This document shows positions 11,651 through 23,790 of a DNA stretch of 64,000 bases, one piece after another. Under the pieces are notes generated by a model. The model was not told the origin of the DNA and did no database searches. It saw only the letters and a program-made list of their open reading frames with translations. Source of the stretch: Eledone cirrhosa. Lineage: Eukaryota. Within the stretch, counting starts at the first letter, position 1, and every line of letters begins with the position of its first letter. The position numbers were made by a program, and so were the translations under genes. The stretch covers positions 6,572,001 through 6,636,000 of the forward strand of contig OZ024752.1 in the NCBI GenBank assembly GCA_964016885.1, given 5' to 3'.

Positions 11651-13830
11651 ATCATCATCGTTTAACGTCCATCTCCCACGCTAGCATGGATTGGACGGTT
11701 TTGTTCCATTTGCTGTGGGAATGGTCGGGAGACCGTGTCTTGCTCATACGGAAGTGTCTCTGACAGGTTTTCTATGGCTGGATGCCCTTCCTAACACCAA
11801 CCACATTTACAGTGTGGACTGGGAGCATTTTTACTGTGTGCAAGCTTCATTTCTTTCTAATCTATGCAAGACTTCAGCACACAACACCCAGGTCTCACTA
11901 CCATGTAATATCGCCGTTTGTATACAAGCATCATACAATCTGCCTTTCACTTTTAGAGAAAACCCCTTGTGGCCAACAGCGGGATGAGCTCTCTGAACTT
12001 TTTCTATCCCGTTCTAACTCTGGCTACTACACTTTCATAACACCCTCCTCCACTGCTGATTTTGTCACCCAGGTAAATACACCAACATCATTTTAAATAG
12101 ATTTTTCATCAACATCTCATGTTCACACTAACACACTGCAATATGGAACACTTCATGTCTCTGGTCCTCACGTCTCAAGACATTGGTAAAGTTACTTTCT
12201 TCAGCCTCTCTCTCAGCTGTGTATACCTGTTACCTATTTGGTACTAGTCACTGCTACCCTTTAATGGCTGTATCTACTCTGCTCTTCCACCAGTAGGTCA
12301 CCTTCTATCTCTCGTTGCTACACGACTACTGCCACAATTCACATCAGAAGTTCGCAAAAGGTTGTCATATAAGAATTTCCAGTTGTTCTCTACATCATAG
12401 GTATCAAGCTCATCACGTCTCACACTGAATACATCCCGTAGGGCCTTTCCAACCCTGTATTTAACTGAAAGGTCCTCTAACTTCCAACCCCTCTCATCAA
12501 ATACATCCTGTAGGGTCTTTCCAACCCTGTATTTAACTGAAAGGTCCTCTAACTTCCAACCCCTCTCATCAAATACATCCTGTAGGGCCTTTCCAACCCT
12601 GTATTTAACTGAAAGGTCCTCTAACTCCCAACCCCTCTCATCAAATACATCCTGTAGGGCCTTTCTAACCCTGTATTTAACTGAAAGGTTCTCTAACTCC
12701 CAACCCCTCTCATCAAATACATCCTGTAGGGCCTTTCTAACCCTGTATTTAACTGAAAGGTCCTCTAACTCCCAACCCCTCTCATCAAATACATCCTGTA
12801 GGGCCTTTCCAACCCTGTATTTAACTGAAAGGTCCTCTAACTCCCAACCCCTCTCATCAAATACATCCTGTAGGGCCTTTCCAACCCTGTATTTAACTGA
12901 AAGGTCCTCTAACTCCCAACCCCTCTCATCAAATACATCCTGTAGGGCCTTTCCAACCCTGTATTTAACTGAAAGGTCCTCTAACTCCCAACCCCTCTCA
13001 TCAAATACATCCTGTAGGGCCTTTCCAACCCTGTATTTAACTGAAAGGTCCTCTAACTTCCAACCCCTCTCATCAAATACATCCTGTAGGGCCTTTCCAA
13101 CCCTGTATTTAACTGAAAGGTCCTCTAACTCCCAACCCCTCTCATCAAATATATCCTGTAGGGCCTTTCCAACCCTGTATTTAACTGAAAGGTCCTCTAA
13201 CTTCCAACCCCTCTCATCAAATACATCCTGTAGGGCCTTTCTAACCCTGTATTTAACTGAAAGGTCCTCTAACTCCCAACCCCTCTCATCAAATACATCC
13301 TGTAGGGCCTTTCCAACCCTGTATTTAACTGAAAGGTCCTCTAACTTCCAACCCCTCTCATCAAATACATCCTGTAGGGCCTTTCTAACCCTGTATTTAA
13401 CTGAAAGGTCCTCTAACTCCCAACCCCTCTCATCAAATACATCCTGTAGGGCCTTTCCAACCCTGTATTTAACTGAAAGGTCCTCTAACTCCCAACCCCT
13501 CTCATCAAATACATCCTGTAGGGCCTTTCCAACCCTGTATTTAACTGAAAGGTCCTCTAACTTCCAACCCCTCTCATCAAATACATCCTGTAGGGCCTTT
13601 CCAACCCTGTATTTAACTGAAAGGTCCTCTAACTCCCAACCCCTCTCATCAAATACATCCTGTAGGGCCTTTCTAAACCTGTATTTAACTGAAAGGTCCT
13701 CTAACTCCCAACCCCTCTCATCAAATACATCCTGTAGGGCCTTTCTAAACCTGTATTTAACTGAAAGGTTCTCTAACTTCCAAACCATATTTTCCTGTGT
13801 GTCTTGTTCTGTATTTTGAGGTCACTAATA
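11651..13830 (-). mobile_element. Internally deleted RTE-clade LINE with an in-frame 72-bp tandem expansion
   Basis: Minus-strand VWKL...DVENNWKFL..NLL (region after the endonuclease) is followed by YLGDKISSGGG...KGRLYDACIQTAILHGSETW (post-RT motif, with stops and frameshifts) and an RTE tail ending (gat)n near 11651. The RT core is missing. Confidence 0.8.
12428..13785 (-). repeat. 72-bp (24-codon) tandem array within the RTE ORF relic, about 19 units
   Basis: ORF 12298-13788 repeats WELEDLSVKYRVGKALQDVFDERG. Confidence 0.95.
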
Positions 13831-13929
13831 ACTAACTTGTGTGGGGAAGTACACCCTTACCCCGGGGCTGTACACCCTTCCCCCGGGGAAGGCCTTAGTA
13901 TTTATTACAGTCAGTCTTGGATTGTAATA

Positions 13930-13932
13930 TAG

Positions 13933-13963
<31 letters not shown>

Positions 13964-14545
13964 GGTGGTGGTGGCAGTGATGATGGCAATGATGATGATG
14001 GTGGTTGTGACGGTGGTGATGGTGGTGGTGGTGGCAGTGACGATGATAGTGGTGACGGTGATGGTGGGAATGATGGTGGTGACGGTGATGATGGGGATGA
14101 TGGTGGGGATGATGGGGATGATGATGGGGATGATGGTGGGGATGATGGTGGTGACGGTGGTGACGGTGGTGACGGTGATGATGGGGATGATGATGATAAC
14201 AAAGTTATGTCTTTATTAGATAACAAAAATGATGGACAGATAAGAAAAATATTGTTCTGAAGCAAATATGATACTAATAGAACATATATCAGTGTGGTGG
14301 TGGTGGGGGGGGGGGGGGTGATGACGATGGTGGTGGTGATGGTGGTGGTGATGGTGATGGTGGTGGTGGTGGTGATGGGGGTGATAATGGTGATGGTAAT
14401 GACCGTGGTGTTAGTCATGATGAAAGTGGTGATGATGTTGATGGTGACAATGACAATGATGATGATGATGATGATGATGAAAATGATGATGGTGATGATG
14501 GTGATGATGGTGATGTTGATGACAACAATCATGATGATGACAAGA
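13930..14545. repeat. (GGT/GAT)n trinucleotide low-complexity tracts
   Basis: Direct inspection. Confidence 0.9.
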
Positions 14546-14794
14546 TGTATCAAGATTCAGATTTTTATATTTTTATCAGATCTAAGAAGTATTTAATCTC
14601 ATCTGATAATTCTAGTTTTCTAAGATGTTTCTCTGGTAGCGATGGTTTCATGTTCAGCCACACTCTCTAACACCTTCAGTATGGTACACACTCCCATGGT
14701 ACACACTCCCAAGGTACACACTCCAATGGTACACACGTATCCCTTTTCACTCAGCTAGGCTCACCTTTACACACACCTTACATGACAAGTTTAA

Positions 14795-14968
14795 CCCTTT
14801 AGCATTTAAACCAGTCGTGTCCAGCCAGAATTCTCTCACCTCTTTCTGTTCAAACTGGCCACATCCTGCTCCTCATACTTATGTTAACGTATTGTTCTCA
14901 AAATAAATAATATCAAAATCTCGTCGATTCAATATGTGAGATAAAGCCTTTACTGTGAAAATACAATA
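14795..14968. mobile_element. Truncated MITE-A, inverted relative to the adjacent array-bearing copy
   Basis: TTAA-ccctttagcatttaaaccagtcg...gataaagcctttactgtgaaaatacaata, ending at the TTAA of the next copy. Confidence 0.8.
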
Positions 14969-14972
14969 TTAA

Positions 14973-16960
14973 CCCTTTACCATTTAAATTACTCTATATA
15001 TACTATTGTATTTTCACAGTAAAGGCTTTACCTCACATAATATCTCGCATAACATTTACATTACTCTATATATACTATTGTATTTTCACAGTAAAGGCTT
15101 TACCTCACATAATATCTCACATAACATTTACATTACTCTATATATACTATTGTATTTTCACAGTAAAGGCTTTACCTCACATAATATCTCACATATTTAC
15201 ATTACTCTATATATACTATTGTATTTTCACAGTAAAGGCTTTACCTCACATAATATCTCACATAACATTTACATTACTCTATATATACTATTGTATTTTC
15301 ACAGTAAAGGCTTTACCTCACATAATATCTCACATAATATTTACATTACTCTATATATACTATTGTATTTTCACAGTAAAGGCTTTACCTCACATAATAT
15401 CTCACAACATTTACATTACTCTATATATACTATTGTATTTTCACAGTAAAGGCTTTACCTCACATAATATCTCACATAACATTTACATTACTCTATATAT
15501 ACTATTGTATTTTCACAGTAAAGGCTTTACCTCACATAATATCTCACATAACATTTACATTACTCTATATATACTATTGTATTTTCACAGTAAAGGCTTT
15601 ACCTCACATAATATCTCACATAATATTTACATTACTCTATATATACTATTGTATTTTCACAGTAAAGGCTTTACCTCACATAATATCTCACATAACATTT
15701 ACATTACTCTATATATACTATTGTATTTTCACAGTAAAGGCTTTACCTCACATAATATCTCACATAACATTTACATTACTCTATATCTACTATTGTATTT
15801 TCACAGTAAAGGCTTTACCTCACATAATATCTCACGTAACATTTACATTACTCTATATATACTATTGTATTTTCACAGTAAAGGCTTTACCTCACATAAT
15901 ATCTCACATAACATTTACATTACTCTATATATACTATTGTATTTTCACAGTAAAGGCTTTACCTCACATAATATCTCACATAACATTTACATTATTCTAT
16001 ATATACTATTGTATTTTCACAGTAAAGGCTTTACCTCACATAATATCTCACATAACATTTACATTACTCTATATATACTATTGTATTTTCACAGTAAAGG
16101 CTTTACCTCACATAATATCTCACATAACATTTACATTACTCTATATATACTATTGTATTTTCACAGTAAAGGCTTTACCTCACATAATATCTCACATAAC
16201 ATTTACATTACTCTATATATACTATTGTATTTTCACAGTAAAGGCTTTACCTCACATAATATCTCACATAACATTTACATTACTCTATATATACTATTGT
16301 ATTTTCACAGTAAAGGCTTTACCTCACATAATATCTCACATAATATTTACATTACTCTATATATACTATTGTATTTTCACAGTAAAGGCTTTACCTCACA
16401 TAATATCTCACATAACATTTACATTACTCATATACTATTGTATTTTCACAGTAAAGGCTTTACCTCACATAATATCTCACATAACATTTACATTACTCTA
16501 TATCTACTATTGTATTTTCACAGTAAAGGCTTTACCTCACATAATATCTCACGTAACATTTACATTACTCTATATATACTATTGTATTTTCACAGTAAAG
16601 GCTTTACCTCACATAATATCTCACATAACATTTACATTATTCTATATATACTATTGTATTGTCACAGTAAAGGCTCTATCTCACATAACATTTACATTAT
16701 TCTATATATACTATTGTATTGTCACAGTAAAGGCTTTACCTCACATAATATCTCACATAACATTTACATTATTCTATATATGCTATTGTATTGTCACAGT
16801 AAAGGCTCTATCTCACATAATATCGTATCTATGAGATTTTGATATCATTTATTTTGAGAACAATACCTTAACATCAGTATGAGCAGCCAGTTATGGCCTG
16901 TTTGAACAGAAAGAGGTGAGAGAATTCTGGCAGGATATGGCTGGTTTAAATGCTAAAGGG
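14973..16960. mobile_element. Complete MITE-A carrying about 25 copies of a 72-bp satellite unit
   Basis: TTAA|CCCTTTACCATTTA ... TAAATGCTAAAGGG|TTAA, 14-bp TIR with one mismatch; array about 14985-16820. Confidence 0.92.
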
Positions 16961-16974
16961 TTAAATATGTGTGT

Positions 16975-17060
16975 ATGTGACAGCTCACATCTATGCAGGT
17001 GTAGCTGGCCTCCTCTAAGGTATATCTCGTTGGAGGTGTCTTGGGTAATTTAATGATAGT
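16975..17060 (-). mobile_element. 3' fragment of SINE-2
   Basis: Reverse complement of 62081-62165. Confidence 0.75.
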
Positions 17061-17400
17061 GGTAGTGTTGATGTCATGATAAAATACACCCAGTACACTC
17101 TGTAAAGTAGTAGTGCTGGTGCCATGATAAATGTACACCCAGTACACTCTGTAAAGTGGTAGTGTTGATGTCATGATAAAATACACCCAGTCCACTCTGT
17201 AAAGTAGTAGTGCTGGTGCCATGATAAACCTGCACCCGGTACACTCTGTAAAGTAGTAGTGCTGGTGTCACAATAAAATACACCCAGTACACTCTGTGAA
17301 GTGGCAGTGCTGGTGCCATGATAAAATAAACTCAGTACACTCTGAAGTGGTAGTGCTGGTACCACAATTAAATTCACCCAGTACACTCTGTAAAGTGGCA
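17058..17400 (+). repeat. About 48-bp tandem array derived from the RTE-tail repeat family
   Basis: Repeated gtgctggtgccatgataaaatacacccagtacactctgtaaagtag; the same motif is in tandem at 30195-30390. Confidence 0.8.
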
Positions 17401-17460
17401 GTTCGGTGTCGATGTTTAAAAATCCTTTAATAAAAGATTTTTAAACATCGACACCAAACT
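17400..17460. other. Near-perfect 61-nt hairpin (29-bp arms)
   Basis: agttcggtgtcgatgtttaaaaatccttt-aat-aaaagatttttaaacatcgacaccaaact, two mismatches. Confidence 0.9.
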
Positions 17461-18133
17461 TCGCATTTTCCTTATTCTGTACATACCTATACATATATAC
17501 ATATATACACACACACACACACATTATATATATATATACACACAAAGTGGAAATACAATATTTTGTTTTGAGGAATAGAAGAAATGTAATGGTTTCGGAA
17601 ATCTACCTCCATCAAAGAAGACTCACATTTCAAGCAGGAACTTTCAAGAAATGGTTTTTCTGTAGAAAACATTAGATTTGTTGTATTCCTTATGGAAAAA
17701 TAATTTATTCCACATTTTCTACATAGTTATATATCCTACCAACGTTATCGTTTAACATCTGTTTTCCCTGCTAGAAAGATTAAATTGGTGCATTTTTATT
17801 GTGGCACCAGCACTACGGAGGTTGTCATGTCTTTTACACAACTGAACAGTTCTCTTAAGATTGGCAAAGTTTTCTCTGACTGGATGTCATTCCTGTCACC
17901 ACATTATATTCTGTAGTCATTCTCGAGACTGTCAATAATAAGCACGCACACACAAACACACACAAACACACACAAACACATATATCCCATGCGACTGCTC
18001 CATTATGGATGTACATTTTGTTAGCAATCTGGGACAGGCCCACTCGCTCATATGTTTGAACCATACCACATTGAGTCAGTAATGTGAGCAAACGGGGTTA
18101 TAACAAACATTTCCTATAAGCCCACTACTTTCA

Positions 18134-18172
<39 letters not shown>

Positions 18173-18215
18173 ATAAGAACAAAATGGAGATGTTACATAG
18201 ATTTATTGCTCAATC

Positions 18216-18303
18216 CTGGTTTCAAGTATTTCACAAGCAGCTGGCTCGTGATCTGGGATGGCACCCCAGACCAGACTCCAAGACTGCCTGATCCTCAGAC
18301 CAG
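18216..18303 (-). ncRNA. Degenerate type I hammerhead-ribozyme-like motif with long branched stem II
   Basis: Minus strand CTGGT-CTGAGGA-TCAGGCAG...CTGCTTGT-GAAAT-ACTT-GAA-ACCAG. Stem I CTGGT/ACCAG and stem II are intact; the stem III/cleavage triplet is mutated. Confidence 0.55.
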
Positions 18304-18495
18304 TGCTAACATAACAAAAATCACATCAAATCTGCATATATATATATATATATATATAAAGGTAAACAGAAATAACAACACAATCAGTACAGTATATGAA
18401 ATATATTATTAGATCTACAAAACCAAATTGTAAAATCATAATATTATAAAATTAAATTAAATTGTTTAGAGCTACTAGTGAAGTCATTCTTTTCC

Positions 18496-18497
<2 letters not shown>

Positions 18498-18549
<52 letters not shown>

Positions 18550-18806
18550 ACATATATATATGAATATATATATATATTTATAACATATATATATATGAAT
18601 ATATATATATATATTTATAACATATATATATATATATATATATGAATATATATATATATTTATAACATATATATATATATATGAATATATATATATGAAT
18701 ATATATATATATTTATAACATATATATATATATATATATGAATATATGTAGCTCTAAAAATCATATATATGAATATATATATATATTTATAACATATATA
18801 TATATA

Positions 18807-18848
<42 letters not shown>

Positions 18849-18920
18849 ACATATATATATATATAAATATATATATTTATTTATAACATATATATATATA
18901 TATATATCTATATATATATA
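18498..18920. repeat. Compound (TA)n tract with repeated tttataacat/atgaat interruptions
   Basis: Direct inspection. Confidence 0.95.
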
Positions 18921-19217
18921 GAGAGAGGGGGGGAGATACAAACAGCACATTACCAGATTCACTTTTCTGTGGTGATAAAGACTGCATCATTATCCACTCC
19001 ATAACTGACATGATTGATCCTTGTAAACAGACTAATTAGCAGCTATGTTCCTCATTATTATGTTAATGATATGCACAGCTAATAAAGCCATTTATCTGAA
19101 TGGCTGAACAGTAATGAAGGTGAAATAATAATGGAATGATTTCACTTTCCAATAGAAAGCTGACACACATGTTAAACACAACACACAGGAATAATAGGGA
19201 ACAATTACTAATATAAG

Positions 19218-19330
19218 AGACCTCGTGGTTAAAGTGTCTGACTCACAATCATAAGGTTATGGGCTCAACTCCTCAGGTCGTGTAGTTTTCTTGAGCAAAA
19301 CACTTCAGGTTTTCATATGACTGGGATCCC
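19218..19330 (+). mobile_element. Degenerate tRNA-derived SINE head (SINE-2-like)
   Basis: gacctcgtggttaaagtgtctgactcacaatcataaggttatgggctcaactcc...ttcttgagcaaaacactt. Confidence 0.55.
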
Positions 19331-19342
19331 TATTACTAACCT

Positions 19343-21730
19343 GTTGACTGCTGAGTATATTTTACACAGCTACAGTTGCTGTGTTGACTGCTGTGTTGAC
19401 TGCTGTGTATATTTTACACAGCTACAGTTGCTGTGTTGACTGCTGTGTTGACTGCTGTGTATATTTTACACAGCTACAGTTGCTGTGTTGACTGCTGAGT
19501 ATATTTTACACAGCTACAGTTGCTGTGTTGACTGCTGTGTTGACTGCTGTGTATATTTTACACAGCTACAGTTGCTGTGTTGACTGCTGTGTTGACTGCT
19601 GTGTATATTTTACACAGCTACAGTTGCTGTGTTGACTGCTGAGTATATTTTACACAGCTACAGTTGCTGTGTTGACTGCTGTGTTGACTGCTGTGTATAT
19701 TTTACACAGCTAGAGTTGCTGTGTTGACTGCTGTGTATATTTTACACAGCTACAGTTGCTGTGTTGACTGCTGAGTATATTTTACACAGCTACAGTTGCT
19801 GTGTTGACTGCTGAGTATATTTTACACAGCTACAGTTGCTGTGTTGACTGCTGAGTATATTTTACACAGCTACAGTTGCTGTGTTGACTGCTGTGTATAT
19901 TTTACACAGCTACAGTTGCTGTGTTGACTGCTGTGTTGACTGCTGTGTATATTTTACACAGCTACAGTTGCTGTGTTGACTGCTGTGTTGACTGCTGAGT
20001 ATATTTTACACAGCTACAGTTGCTGTGTTGACTGCTGTGTATATTTTACACAGCTACAGTTGCTGTGTTGACTGCTGAGTATATTTTACACAGCTACAGT
20101 TGCTGTGTTGACTACTGTGTATATTTTACACAGCTACAGTTGCTGTGTTGACTGCTGTGTTGACTGCTGTGTATATTTTACACAGCTACAGTTGCTGTGT
20201 TGACTGCTGTGTTGACTGCTGAGTATATTTTACACAGCTACAGTTGCTGTGTTGACTGCTGTGTTGACTGCTGAGTATATTTTACACAGCTACAGTTGCT
20301 GTGTTGACTGATGTGTATATTTTACACAGCTACAGTTGCTGTGTTGACTGCTGAGTATATTTTACACAGCTACAGTTGCTGTGTTGACTACTGTGTTGAC
20401 TGCTGAGTATATTTTACACAGCTACAGTTGCTGTGTTGACTGCTGTGTTGACTGCTGAGTATATTTTACACAGCTACAGTTGCTGTGTTGACTGCTGTGT
20501 ATATTTTACACAGCTACAGTTGCTGTGTTGACTGCTGAGTATATTTTACACAGCTACAGTTGCTGTGTTGACTACTGTGTTGACTGCTGTGTATATTTTA
20601 CACAGCTACAGTTGCTGTGTTGACTGCTGTGTATATTTTACACAGCTACAGTTGCTGTGTTGACTGCTGTGTTGACTGCTGTGTATATTTTACACAGCTA
20701 CAGTTGCTGTGTTGACTGCTGTGTTGACTGCTGAGTATATTTTACACAGCTACAGTTGCTGTGTTGACTGCTGTGTTGACTGCTGTGTATATTTTACACA
20801 GCTACAGTTGCTGTGTTGACTGCTGAGTATATTTTACACAGCTACAGTTGCTGTGTTGACTACTGTGTTGACTGCTGAGTATATTTTACACAGCTACAGT
20901 TGCTGTGTTGACTGCTGTGTTGACTGCTGAGTATATTTTACACAGCTACAGTTGCTGTGTTGACTGCTGTGTTGACTGCTGAGTATATTTTACACAGCTA
21001 CAGTTGCTGTGTTGACTTCTGAGTATATTTTACACAGCTACAGTTGCTGTGTTGACTGCTGAGTATATTTTACACAGCTACAGTTGCTGTGTTGACTGCT
21101 GAGTATATTTTACACAGCTACAGTTGCTGTGTTGACTGCTGTGTTGACTGCTGAGTATATTTTACACAGCTACAGTTGCTGTGTTGACTGCTGCATATAT
21201 TTCACACAGCTACAGTTGCTGTGTTGACTGCTGAGTATATTTTACACAGCTACAGTTGCTGTGTTGACTGCTGCATATATTTTACACAGCTACAGTTGCT
21301 GTGTTGACTGCTGAGTATATTTTACACAGCTACAGTTGCTGTGTTGACTGCTGAGTATATTTTACACAGCTACAGTTGCTGTGTTGACTGCTGAGTATAT
21401 TTTACACAGCTACAGTTGCTGTGTTGACTGCTGCGTATATTTTACACAGCTACAGTTGTTGTGTTGACTGCTGTGTATATTTTACACAGTACAGTTGCTG
21501 TGTTGACTACTGCGTATATTTTACACAGCTACAGTTGCTGTGTTGACTGCTGCGTATATTTTACACAGCTACAGTTGCTGTGTTGACTGCTGTGTATATT
21601 TTACACAGCTACAGTTGCTGTGTTGACTGCCGTGTATATTTTACACAGCTACAGTTGCTGTGTTGACTGCTGTGTATATTTTACACAGTACAGTTGCTGT
21701 GTTGATTGCTGAGTATATGTTACACAGCTA
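19343..21730. repeat. 40/52-bp satellite with internal hairpin ACACAGC-n7-GCTGTGT
   Basis: Unit ttgactgctgagtatattttacacagctacagttgctgtg, with or without a 12-bp duplication ttgactgctgtg. Confidence 0.95.
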
Positions 21731-21812
21731 TTGTGCCGGACTTTTATTTCCCCCAGTAAAATGACTTATTTTGATTAACAAACATCACATCAATAAACTA
21801 GTAACACCATCT

Positions 21813-21948
21813 AGCTTTGAAGTTGTGAACTGTTGGAAACGAGTTCATAACTTTGAAGTTGTGAACTGTTGGAAACGAGTTCATAACTTTGAAGTTGTGA
21901 ACTGTTGGAAACGAGTTCATAACTTTGAAGTTAAGAACTGTTGGAAAG
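21813..21948. repeat. 36-bp minisatellite (about 4 units)
   Basis: ctttgaagttgtgaactgttggaaacgagttcataa. Confidence 0.9.
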
Positions 21949-22154
21949 GAATTCAAACATGTTAGGATGAGTTATCTCATCTACGGCACTGAAGAGGTTA
22001 AAACAGCTGAGAAACTGCATATGAAATGTATATCATATGAAGTTTCTAGTGTGTTTTAATGATATCCCCAGTCATATCATGAAAAGCAGCATGAAATGAA
22101 ACAAAGTTCCATCTGGAGGTTTCTCAGGTGTTTAAATGGCAGGGGCCCCCAGTC

Positions 22155-22274
22155 TTTTGATATTATTTATTTTCAGAACAATACCTTATATGAGTGGCCA
22201 GTTAGGACCAGTTTGAACAAAGAGAGATGAGAGAATTCTGGCTGGATATGGCCAGTTTAAATGCTAAAGGGTTA
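22155..22274. mobile_element. MITE-A half copy
   Basis: Ends tttaaatgctaaaggg|ttaa. Confidence 0.75.
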
Positions 22275-22392
22275 AGTCCTGCCTTGTTCAAATTAGCTGT
22301 TGACACCCAACATGACTATAAACTAACTACTGAAACCAAGAAAAGAATAAAAGTGCAGCTCATGAAGTAAAATGAACCCAGTTTTAGTTGAC

Positions 22393-22540
22393 TTTAGACA
22401 CAAGGCCAACAATTTAAGGGAGAGGAAAATTGATTAAATCAATCCCAGTTCATTACAGGTACTTTATTTTATCGACCCCATAAGGATGAAAGGCAAAGCT
22501 AACCTCAGTGGGATTTGAATTCAAAATGTAAAGGGCCTAG
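22393..22540 (-). mobile_element. SINE-1 copy
   Basis: ggtactttattttatcgaccccataaggatgaaaggcaaag...gggatttgaattc (B box on minus strand). Confidence 0.8.
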
Positions 22541-23619
22541 AAATGGTTTGTATTTATTGAGACAGGGGCAACGGAGGACGAGGACTTGACAAGGACATAT
22601 GACATCAAGTAAAAGAGAAAAGACCAAGTTTTAAAAGGGACAGAGGAGTGTGGTTGATTGAACCAAGACTTAGTATATTGTAGCTATTTATTTAATTGAA
22701 TCTAAATGGATGAAAAACAGGGTTTAAACTTGGAATGTAAGGGAACACTAAATAAACATCGGAAGGTATTTAGTCCTGATGTGTTTTAACAACTACACTG
22801 ACCTAGAAGTAATAGTAACCATGTCAACGGTGATGGTGGTGGTGGTGGTGATGATGGTGATGGTGGTGGTGATGGTGATGATGGTGGTGGTGATGGTGAT
22901 GGTGGTGGTGATGGTGGCGATGGTGATGGTGGTGGTGATGGTGGCGATGGTGGTGATGGTGGCGATGGTGGTGGTGGTGGGGGGGGTGGATTGCACCAAT
23001 CCTTAAGAATTATTTCTCCGACCCAGAATGAAGTAAATTAATGTCATGTACATATTGAAATTTTGGGTCATATTTTAAATCATATTCCAGCCACACACAC
23101 ATCTGTTTCTCACCAAGGCCCCACACACCCTCTGCTACCATTCCTGCAGGTATCCTCCATAATCTCATTCTCTCCTCCTCTTAATTACTGATTTACCAAA
23201 TCACGACTTTTACAGTTAAAAAGACTAAGTTTTATTATTATTATTATTTGTCCTAATTTCAATTCCTCAAATTTCTCCCTTGCCATCCCCTGGGGTGACA
23301 CATTCACCACTTTCTTATCCCCAGGACCAAGAATGATTTGCATGACATCATACGATTTCCTTTGTTTATGCAAGTTGTCTTTTAATGAAATTTAATTAAA
23401 AATCAAATTATATAATAAAATAAATATATTTAACTCTTTCATGACCATATTTCTGTCTCATCATCATCATTTTACGTCCGCCTCTCCCTGCTTGCCAGGG
23501 TGGGACGGGAACTGACTCTGGCTTGATTTCTACAGCTGGATGCCCTTCCTAACACCAACCTCATTTACAGTGAGTGCTGGGTGCTTTTTTGCTGTGACAC
23601 CTCCACGACCACTTTGCAG

Positions 23620-23790
23620 TGGAATGATAGGGACCCCAGTCCCCATCATCTCATTTCTACAGCTGAGTAAACTGGAGCAATGTGAAATAAAGTGTCTTGC
23701 TCAAGGAAACAACACATCACCCGGTCTGAGAATTGAACTCACAACCTTTCGATTGCAAGCCCAATGCTCTAACCACTAAGCCATGTGCCT
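23620..23790 (-). mobile_element. SINE-2 (tRNA-derived, CORE-like domain)
   Basis: Minus strand ggcacatggcttagtggttagagc (A box)...gagttcaattc (B box)...ccttgagcaagacacttta...gtttactcagctgtagaaatg; near-identical to 61922-62085. Confidence 0.85.

Noticed and set aside
8665-14596. His/Pro/Thr/Val-rich ORFs (also near 22800, 31600, 32700, 51000 and 62700)
   Set aside because: Translations of trinucleotide low-complexity tracts.
21985-22020. Further hammerhead core (ctgaagaggtt...agctgagaaac)
   Set aside because: Stem II register is off and there is no stem III, cleavage triplet or stem I.
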